The translations under genes were made by a program, and so were the position numbers. DNA of 64,000 bases from a virus. Below are positions 57,094 through 64,000 of the stretch, piece after piece. The stretch covers positions 26,752-90,751 of IMG/VR virus record IMGVR_UViG_3300046318_000165; one strand, written 5' to 3'. Under the pieces are notes generated by a model. The model did not search any database and was not told the origin of the DNA. It saw only the letters and a list, made by a program, of their open reading frames with translations. Position 1 is the stretch's first letter; each line of letters starts with the position of its first letter.

Positions 57094-57274
57094 AAATATT
57101 AAACCTAAATCTGGAGAAAATCATCCAAATGCAAAATTGTCAGATAAAGATATTGACATAATAAGACACCTTGTGCTATCATTAGGTAAGACACACAAAG
57201 AGGTTGCAAATATTTTTGGGGTAGCCAGCTCAACTATATCTGGAATAATTAATTCTGGCAGAAGACAAGGGTAG
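57056..57274 (+). pseudogene. HTH/NUMOD-like C-terminal remnant of a homing endonuclease, or a small HTH protein
   Basis: GENHPNAKLS...THKEVANIFGVASSTISGII; no nuclease domain and no clear start. Confidence 0.45.
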
Positions 57275-57275
57275 A

Positions 57276-57485
57276 ATGAATAACGATGAAACTAAAGTAA
57301 CAGTAGGACTAGGCTATACACTAAATCTAGGTAACTTCCAGTCACTACGAATTGATGTATCAGTAGCAGACAATCGCCGTGAGGGTGAAACGATCAATGA
57401 TGCATTTGAGCGAGTATATTCTTTTGTAGAGAATAAGCTTGCCGAAAAGGTACGAGAGTCTCAAGAAGAAGCAAGCGGTAACTAA
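57276..57485 (+). CDS. hypothetical protein of the replication module
   Basis: GYTLNLGNFQSLRID. Confidence 0.7.
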   Translation: MNNDETKVTVGLGYTLNLGNFQSLRIDVSVADNRREGETINDAFERVYSFVENKLAEKVRESQEEASGN

Positions 57486-57793
57486 TGGCTGAACGCAAAG
57501 ACCGTATGGCTTTGCTCAGTCGCTATAGTAAGTTACATACTGCTAAGTATGAGCAAAAGCCATTTCTAAATTTGAATGTTGAACAGTGGGCAGCAGATGC
57601 ACTCATTGAATCATATGGGCTACCTGCTTGCTATGACTTATTAGACTATTATTTTTATGTTGCTCAAAGCCCAACATGGAAGTATTTTGCAAACTATGCA
57701 GATGCAATCATTAATGCTAGAGAGCAATACCAGCAGGACTTAAATGAAAGAGCAGAAAGACGAAGAATGGCAAAGGCGTGGCTAAATGAGTAA
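57485..57793 (+). CDS. hypothetical protein upstream of helicase
   Basis: coupled to the helicase gene. Confidence 0.65.
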   Translation: MAERKDRMALLSRYSKLHTAKYEQKPFLNLNVEQWAADALIESYGLPACYDLLDYYFYVAQSPTWKYFANYADAIINAREQYQQDLNERAERRRMAKAWLNE

Positions 57794-59006
57794 TACAGAA
57801 TCAAAACTAATTTCAGCAGTTCTACAAGATAAGCAAGTTCATGTATTGCTACAGGCTAACGTAGACAATATCCTACGAACACACAATGATATCTGGAATT
57901 TTGTTCGTAACTATTCTGAAGCTAATGGAACAGTTCCACCTGTAAGCTTAGTAGTTGACAAGTTTCGTGACTTCCATCCTGTGGAGGGCATTGGTGCAAC
58001 TAAGTATCACCTAGAAGAGCTACAAGCAGAATATCTTACAGACAGTCTCAAGGATATTCTACGTAACACTGCAACAGAAGTTCAGAATGGTCAGGGCGTA
58101 AAAGCTCTTGAAGATATTATTACTAAGACTTCTGCACTTCGCAAGAACACTACTGTTATTCGTGACATTGATGCTACTGATATCGAAGATGCTGTAGCCT
58201 ACTATGAGAATGTCCAGAGACAGAATGAATTGGGCTCTATTGGCATTAAAACAGGTCTTGCTGGCTTTGATAACTATCTTCCTGCTGGAATTACCCCAGG
58301 ACAGCTTGGTGTCTTCCTGGCGTATCCTGGCATCGGTAAGTCATGGATGGCACTTTACTTTGCAGTGCAAGCATGGAAGCAGGGTAAGTCACCACTAATT
58401 ATCTCTCTTGAAATGAGTGAGACTGAAGTTCGTAATCGTGTATTTACTATTATGGGTGAGGGTCTATGGTCACACCGCAAGTTATCTGCTGGTGCAATAG
58501 AAACTGATGATCTACGCCGTTGGCACAAGAAAGAGTTGCAGGGTAAGCCAGAATTCCATATTATCTCTAACGATGGTGGTGGAGAAGTAACTCCTAGTGT
58601 TATTCGTGGAAAAATTGATCAGTATAAGCCTGACCTTATTATCGTTGACTATCTACAGCTAATGTCTCCTAATCAGAAATCAGATAATGAGACTGTTCGT
58701 ATGAAGAATCTTTCTCGTGAACTAAAGCTTATGGCTATTAGCGAGGAGATGCCTATTATTGCTATTTCATCTGCAACTCCTGATGATGTTAATAAGCTAG
58801 ACACTGTTCCTACTCTGGGACAGACTGCATGGTCACGTCAGATTGCTTATGATGCTGATTTTGTGCTTGCTTTTGGTAGAGCAACCAATAGTGATATCCT
58901 AGAATGTGTCTTTAGAAAAAACAGAAATGGCTTTATGGGCGAATTTCTAGTGCAAGCAGATTTCGACAAAGGCTTCTACAGATATCGAGATTTTGAGGAA
59001 AAATAA
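57786..59006 (+). CDS. dnaB: DnaB-like replicative helicase
   Basis: Walker A AYPGIGKS, ISLEM, IIVDYLQLM, KNRNG. Confidence 0.93.
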   Translation: MSNTESKLISAVLQDKQVHVLLQANVDNILRTHNDIWNFVRNYSEANGTVPPVSLVVDKFRDFHPVEGIGATKYHLEELQAEYLTDSLKDILRNTATEVQNGQGVKALEDIITKTSALRKNTTVIRDIDATDIEDAVAYYENVQRQNELGSIGIKTGLAGFDNYLPAGITPGQLGVFLAYPGIGKSWMALYFAVQAWKQGKSPLIISLEMSETEVRNRVFTIMGEGLWSHRKLSAGAIETDDLRRWHKKELQGKPEFHIISNDGGGEVTPSVIRGKIDQYKPDLIIVDYLQLMSPNQKSDNETVRMKNLSRELKLMAISEEMPIIAISSATPDDVNKLDTVPTLGQTAWSRQIAYDADFVLAFGRATNSDILECVFRKNRNGFMGEFLVQADFDKGFYRYRDFEEK

Positions 59007-59030
59007 TTTGGCTTATGATATAATTGGCAT

Positions 59031-59480
59031 ATGATTAAAAATTGTCCAAAATGTAAAAAAGATTTAAATGTATCATTTTTTAATAAATCAAATAGAAGAG
59101 ATGGGTATCAGACGTACTGCCGTGAATGTCATAATCAAATTCAAAGAGATAAATATCTTAATGATCCAATGGCAAAAATAAAACGTCAAATTCGTGCAGG
59201 TCGTAGAAAAGAACGAGATCCATTAGTTCAAAGAAGGTCAGAACTCAAAAGACTTTATGGAATTACTTTGGAAGATTATGTAGAAATGTTTGATAGTCAA
59301 AATGGTGTATGTGCCATTTGCTTTAAAGAATGCAAAACTAAAAATAGTTTGTCTGTAGATCATGACCATACTACTGGAAAAGTTAGAGGATTACTATGTA
59401 ATGCTTGTAATCGTGCAATAGGAATGCTTGGAGATAGTCCAGAAATACTTCGTAAAGCAGCTGATTATCTAGAAAACTAG
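59031..59480 (+). CDS. endonuclease VII-family (HNH) nuclease
   Basis: YGITL...QNGVCAIC...VDHDH.TGKVRGLLCNACN. Confidence 0.88.
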   Translation: MIKNCPKCKKDLNVSFFNKSNRRDGYQTYCRECHNQIQRDKYLNDPMAKIKRQIRAGRRKERDPLVQRRSELKRLYGITLEDYVEMFDSQNGVCAICFKECKTKNSLSVDHDHTTGKVRGLLCNACNRAIGMLGDSPEILRKAADYLEN

Positions 59481-59494
59481 GTATAATAGTATGT

Positions 59495-59836
59495 ATGGGA
59501 AGCATACACCACAAGTCAATAAAGATGTTTTCGTTAGATGGAATGATACATGATGAATCAGCTATCGGCAGACTTAAAACAGAATATATCAGACTGCTAA
59601 TATCTGAAATGAGAATTGCTGGGTATGCATTAAGATTAGATATTGACCCAGACTTTACAATAAGCTATAATGAACAAAAAGAATACTTTACATTTATATT
59701 ATCAGTATATGGAACATACGTAGGAAAGAAGAAGAGTGAATGGATAACAGGAATAGACGGAACCAAAGTATATACTCAAGAGATCAAGTCCAACGAGTCC
59801 TCACAGGCTCAGGAATCACAGTCGAACAAGAGTTAG
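59495..59836 (+). CDS. hypothetical protein
   Basis: leaderless; LDIDPDF...SVYGTYVG. Confidence 0.65.
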   Translation: MGSIHHKSIKMFSLDGMIHDESAIGRLKTEYIRLLISEMRIAGYALRLDIDPDFTISYNEQKEYFTFILSVYGTYVGKKKSEWITGIDGTKVYTQEIKSNESSQAQESQSNKS

Positions 59837-60681
59837 ACAATGACTTTATTATTTTCTGTCCATATCACAATAACCATCGCTCACCTGCTGGAGAAGTAAA
59901 TAAGTTCTCTGGACTATTCTTTTGTTTTTCTTGTCAGCAGACTGCAGACCTTGCTGAGTTTGTAATGCACACATCAAAACGTACATACTTTGAAGCAGTT
60001 CGTTTTATCAAGTCTAAAGAAACTGAAACAGATTTTGAGCAACAACTGCAACAACAACTTTACAAGAAGCCAGAGTTTGTTCCATATGATGAACTTGTAA
60101 TTAAAAGATTAAATAATCAAGCATTGGAGTCACCTCGTGCTATGCGCTATTTTACTGGCAGACTAATCACAGAGGCATCTGTAAAAAAGTTTAGCTTAGG
60201 GTTTAGTGAGAAACAAGATATGGTAACTATTCCTGTGGCATCCCCAGATGGCATGGAGCTAGGCTTTGTTGGCAGATCTATTGAGGGCAAAGAGTTCAAG
60301 AATACTCCAGGACTTCCCAAAGCAAAAACACTTTTCAATTTGCATAGAGTAAAGACTTCTGATAAAGTCTATGTAGTTGAATCATCATTCGATGCTATCC
60401 GCTTAGACCAGTGTGGTTTTCCAGCGGTAGCAACATTAGGTGCAAATGTATCTAGTGGACAAATAGAACTTCTTCAAAAATACTTCAATAACATTTATGT
60501 CATTGCAGATAACGATGAAGCTGGCGGTAACATGAAAGACAGGATTATAGAACGTCTTGGCAATCGTGTTAACGTTATTCAGTTAGAAAAACAATATAAG
60601 GATATTGGCGATATGTCAGATGAAGCAATTAAAAATCTTGATGAATCATTTGACAAATCTATCGCTAGTATGCTAAACTAA
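59740..60681 (+). CDS. DNA primase
   Basis: CPYH...CFSC zinc finger; TOPRIM VVESSFDA and DNDEAG; KDIGD. Confidence 0.9.
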   Translation: MDNRNRRNQSIYSRDQVQRVLTGSGITVEQELDNDFIIFCPYHNNHRSPAGEVNKFSGLFFCFSCQQTADLAEFVMHTSKRTYFEAVRFIKSKETETDFEQQLQQQLYKKPEFVPYDELVIKRLNNQALESPRAMRYFTGRLITEASVKKFSLGFSEKQDMVTIPVASPDGMELGFVGRSIEGKEFKNTPGLPKAKTLFNLHRVKTSDKVYVVESSFDAIRLDQCGFPAVATLGANVSSGQIELLQKYFNNIYVIADNDEAGGNMKDRIIERLGNRVNVIQLEKQYKDIGDMSDEAIKNLDESFDKSIASMLN

Positions 60682-60709
60682 TAAACCAAGATAAATAAAG
60701 GAGAAAAAC

Positions 60710-61366
60710 ATGAGTATTATCAGAGGGCTAAAAGATATCAGTGCAATTATGGATAAGCCAAAATATGAAAGCAATGGACAAAAGGTTCGTTGGGTAAAGC
60801 TTGCTGACGGACAGGCTGCAAAGATCCGTTTCGTAGAGGAGCTAGATGAAGACTCAGCTAGTTTCTCAGCAGAGCGTGGAGTTTCTGTAGTAATTGCAGA
60901 GCACACCAATCCAAAGGACTACAAGCGTAAGGCTGCTTGTACCATTGAGTCAGAGGGTCGCTGCTTTGCCTGTGAAATGGCTCGTAAGGAGCCAAAGGCT
61001 GGTTGGCGTTCAAAGCTACGCTTCTACTGCAACGTGCTAGTAGATGATGGCACTGAGGACCCATACATCGCTGTTTGGTCACAGGGTGTAAGCAAGCAGT
61101 CAGCATTTGCTACCATTCGTGAGTATGCAATTGAGACTGGAAGCATTTCAAACCTACAGTGGAAGCTAAAGCGTAATGGTCAGGGAACTGAAACTAATTA
61201 CACTCTTATTCCAACTGGACCAGATTCAGAACCATTCAAGTGGGGAAGCTATGAGTTCTTCGATCTTGAAAAGGTTGTTCGTGAAGTTCCATATGCAGAA
61301 CAGGATTCATTCTACTTTGGATTCGATTCTAGCAACTCGGTTACTTCTAGTAATACAGACTGGTAA
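60710..61366 (+). CDS. single-stranded DNA-binding protein (gp32-like)
   Basis: KIRF, H/C zinc ligands, KRNGQGTET.Y, acidic/aromatic tail. Confidence 0.7.
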   Translation: MSIIRGLKDISAIMDKPKYESNGQKVRWVKLADGQAAKIRFVEELDEDSASFSAERGVSVVIAEHTNPKDYKRKAACTIESEGRCFACEMARKEPKAGWRSKLRFYCNVLVDDGTEDPYIAVWSQGVSKQSAFATIREYAIETGSISNLQWKLKRNGQGTETNYTLIPTGPDSEPFKWGSYEFFDLEKVVREVPYAEQDSFYFGFDSSNSVTSSNTDW

Positions 61367-61379
61367 AACATATTAGGAT

Positions 61380-61410
61380 TGGGGAGAGCGTAAAAACTCT
61401 CCCCATTCTT
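61380..61410 (+). terminator. intrinsic terminator
   Basis: TGGGGAGAG-CGTAAAAA-CTCTCCCCA followed by TTCTT. Confidence 0.65.
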
Positions 61411-61436
61411 CCATGCTCATATGATATAATTTAATT

Positions 61437-61967
61437 ATGAGACTTACTATGGAAATAGGAGATACAAATATCTTTGGAGTAAAGATTGTATCAGGACCCT
61501 ATAAAAATAAACAATATACTTCATGGGATTTTCTTTGTCCCTTTTGTAATCAAACATTTATTGCTCCAACTACAAATTTTAAAAAATCAAAATCTTGTTA
61601 CAACTGTAGAGGTTTTGTAAAAAGAAAATCATCTGAGGATATAACTTGGAGAAACCATTATTTACTAGTTGCTTCAAGAAAAAATGCAAAAGAAAAAGGT
61701 TTTGACCTAACAGAACAACAATTTAAAGAAATATCCTCACAAAATTGTTTTTATTGTAATGCAGAACCAACACCAACAAAAGGTTATAGACAATGGTCAG
61801 CATATATTTTTACAAATGGACTTGACAGAATAGACCCAAGCATGGGATACTTATATAATAATGTAGTGGCTTGTTGCAAATGGTGCAATGTAGCAAAATT
61901 AGACAGATCAGTAGAGGAATTTTATTCGTGGATAACGAAACTAGCAAAACATCAGAATCTTATGTAG
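61437..61967 (+). CDS. HNH endonuclease
   Basis: NCFYC...NGLDRIDPSMGY..NNVVACCKWCN.AK. Confidence 0.85.
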   Translation: MRLTMEIGDTNIFGVKIVSGPYKNKQYTSWDFLCPFCNQTFIAPTTNFKKSKSCYNCRGFVKRKSSEDITWRNHYLLVASRKNAKEKGFDLTEQQFKEISSQNCFYCNAEPTPTKGYRQWSAYIFTNGLDRIDPSMGYLYNNVVACCKWCNVAKLDRSVEEFYSWITKLAKHQNLM

Positions 61968-64000
61968 GACTTCATGTACATACACATTATAGTCTTTTCG
62001 ATGGAATTGCGACACCACAGGAATATGTGGATAGGGCTGTAAGCCTTGGAATGAATGCAATCGCTATCACTGACCACGGAAGTCTATCTGGACACCGTGA
62101 AATGTATCGTGCTGCTAAAGCAGCAGGTATCAAGCCTATTCTAGGCGTTGAGGGGTATATCACCAAGGATCGTTTTGACCATGAGGATAAGAAAGATAAG
62201 AATGACCCTCTAGACCTAAACTATAACCACCTTATTATCCTTGCAAAGAATGCAAAGGGATTAGAGAACCTAAACAAGCTTAATGAAATTGCTTGGACTG
62301 AGGGCTTCTTCAAGAAGCCACGCATGGACTGGGAATCTCTAGAAAAGTATAAAGAGGGACTAATCATCACATCTGGCTGTCTATCTGGATATCTAGCTAA
62401 GGCAATTGAGGCAGATAATCTAGCTGCTGCTAAGATGCACCTTACCTGGGCTAAGGAGACATTCGGAGATGATTACTACATTGAGGTAATGCCACATAAC
62501 CCTGCAGAGGTTAATCAGACTATTCTTGATCTTGCAGACGAGTTTGGCATTAAGCCTATTGTAACTCCAGACTGCCACCACGCAGATGTTAGTCAGAAAG
62601 AAATTCAGGAACTAAAGCTGATTCTTAACACTTACTCTAATAAGACTATTGGAGATGCAACATTTGCAGGAACTCAGAACTACGACAACCTAATGGATAA
62701 GCTTGACTATCTATATGGTGCAGATCGTCAGATGTCATTTAATAAGTTTGACATTCACCTGCTATCTGATGAAGAGATGCACAATGCTATGGGAGCACAG
62801 GGTCATACTCGTCAGGATATGTATGACTATACCCTTGAGATTGTAGATAAGATTGAAGACTATAACATTCAGGACCACCTAGACCTACTGCCAGTTCAAT
62901 ATCAGAACCCAGACCAGGAACTATATGACTTGGCTATTGCTGGACTAACTGAAAAGGGTCTAATGACTCCAGAGTATCTAGCACGTCTTGATGAAGAACT
63001 TGAGGTTATCAAGAATAAGAAGTTTGGACCATACTTCCTAGTTGTTCGCTCCATGATTGCATGGGCTAAAAAGGAAGACATCATGGTAGGTCCAGGTCGT
63101 GGATCTGCTGCTGGCTCGCTACTCTGCTATGCTCTAGGCATTACAGACATTGACCCAATTGTTCATGGTCTACTATTCTTCCGATTCATTAACCCAGAGC
63201 GTAATGACTTCCCAGATATTGATACAGATATTCAGGACTCACGCCGTGAAGAAGTTAAGGATTACCTAGTTCGTCAGTATCGTCACGTTGCATCTATTGC
63301 TACATTCCTTGAGTTCAAGGGTAAGGGTATTGTTCGTGACATTGCTCGTGTTCTAAATATTCCACTACCAGATGTCAACAAGGTTCTTAAGCTAGTTGAT
63401 GATTGGGACGATTACTGTAACTCAAAGCAGACTGCAGAATTCCGTGAGAAATATCCAGAGATTGAGCAGTATGGTGAGATGCTTCGTGGTCGTATTCGTG
63501 GAACTGGTATCCATGCTGCTGGTGTTGTAACCTCTAAGGAGCCTATCTTCAAATATGCCCCTATGGAAACTCGTACATCTCCAGGCAATAAGGAACGTAT
63601 TCCAGTAGTAGCAGTAGACATGGCAGAGGCAGAGCAGATTGGTCTTATCAAGATTGATGCTCTAGGTCTAAAGACCCTATCCGTTATTCAGGACACTCTT
63701 AAGATTATTAAGGAACGTACTGGCAAGGATATTGACCTGCATAAGATTGATATGGAAGATGCAAATATCTACCGTATGCTTTCTGATGGCTTTACTAAAG
63801 GCGTGTTCCAATGTGAAGCTACTCCTTATACTAACCTGCTAGTCAAGATGGGTGTAAAGAACTTTGCTGAACTTGCTGCATCTAACGCTCTAGTTCGTCC
63901 AGGTGCTATGAACACTATTGGTAAGGACTACATTGCTCGTAAGCACGGTAAGCAGAATATTGCATACCACCACCAGGTGATGAGTCATTTACTTCTGAGA
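61928..64000 (+). CDS. dnaE: DNA polymerase III alpha subunit (runs off the window)
   Basis: manual translation from GTG 61928: YVGLHVHTHYSLFDG, AITDHG (PHP domain), GPGRGSAAGS, FRFINPERNDFPDIDTD, GIHAAG, KIDALGL. Confidence 0.95.
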   Translation, partial: MDNETSKTSESYVGLHVHTHYSLFDGIATPQEYVDRAVSLGMNAIAITDHGSLSGHREMYRAAKAAGIKPILGVEGYITKDRFDHEDKKDKNDPLDLNYNHLIILAKNAKGLENLNKLNEIAWTEGFFKKPRMDWESLEKYKEGLIITSGCLSGYLAKAIEADNLAAAKMHLTWAKETFGDDYYIEVMPHNPAEVNQTILDLADEFGIKPIVTPDCHHADVSQKEIQELKLILNTYSNKTIGDATFAGTQNYDNLMDKLDYLYGADRQMSFNKFDIHLLSDEEMHNAMGAQGHTRQDMYDYTLEIVDKIEDYNIQDHLDLLPVQYQNPDQELYDLAIAGLTEKGLMTPEYLARLDEELEVIKNKKFGPYFLVVRSMIAWAKKEDIMVGPGRGSAAGSLLCYALGITDIDPIVHGLLFFRFINPERNDFPDIDTDIQDSRREEVKDYLVRQYRHVASIATFLEFKGKGIVRDIARVLNIPLPDVNKVLKLVDDWDDYCNSKQTAEFREKYPEIEQYGEMLRGRIRGTGIHAAGVVTSKEPIFKYAPMETRTSPGNKERIPVVAVDMAEAEQIGLIKIDALGLKTLSVIQDTLKIIKERTGKDIDLHKIDMEDANIYRMLSDGFTKGVFQCEATPYTNLLVKMGVKNFAELAASNALVRPGAMNTIGKDYIARKHGKQNIAYHHQVMSHLLLR

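Larger units (their letters stand above)
23060..61430 (+). promoter_or_regulatory. extended -10 promoters TGnTA(T/A)AAT / TGnTATACT, many leaderless
   Basis: near 23060, 23540, 24268, 24573, 25548, 29011, 31977, 34113, 36127, 38649, 41672, 42459, 43173, 56337, 59016, 61422. Confidence 0.7.

Noticed and set aside
32014-64000. Inteins or introns in nrdJ, dnaB or dnaE
   Set aside because: Conserved motifs run contiguously and lengths are normal within the window.

Overview
A 64-kb segment of a large, low-GC tailed phage genome with siphovirus-type morphogenesis genes. Gene content and order, leaderless starts and host regulator sites point to an actinobacterial host; a freshwater low-GC lineage is plausible but inferred. 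Layout: (i) 1-5.3 kb, small accessory genes including a HAD phosphatase, a pyrimidine-dimer glycosylase and a family of cassette-like ORFs; (ii) 5.3-6.05 kb, an AT-rich non-coding block with five DnaA boxes; (iii) 6.05-20.8 kb, about 50 small leftward 'early/host-takeover' genes and two tRNA-like RNAs; (iv) 21-32 kb, an AT-rich origin-like block, an NlpC/P60 hydrolase and fibre/glycine-rich adhesin genes; (v) 32-56 kb, class II RNR, portal, protease/scaffold, capsid, neck, tail, tape measure and baseplate; (vi) 56-64 kb, a replication module (DnaB, primase, SSB, DnaE) with two free-standing endonucleases. The main finding is in block (iii). At least 26 exact copies (plus about 5 variants) of TGTCGG-N10-TAnnnT lie upstream of the leftward genes. 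This is the actinobacterial PafBC / RecA-NDp DNA-damage promoter, so the phage appears to run its early programme from the host's ssDNA-sensing WYL activator. The same block is divided every ~1 kb by a conserved spacer (GGGAAA...ATCGTAA...GCCCGACC). The spacers and nearby promoter-upstream DNA carry candidate LexA, DnaA, MtrA/GlnR and WhiA sites, and the spacers hold nearly all GATC sites of an otherwise GATC-depleted region. All motif counts are from manual reading; no database searches were run.
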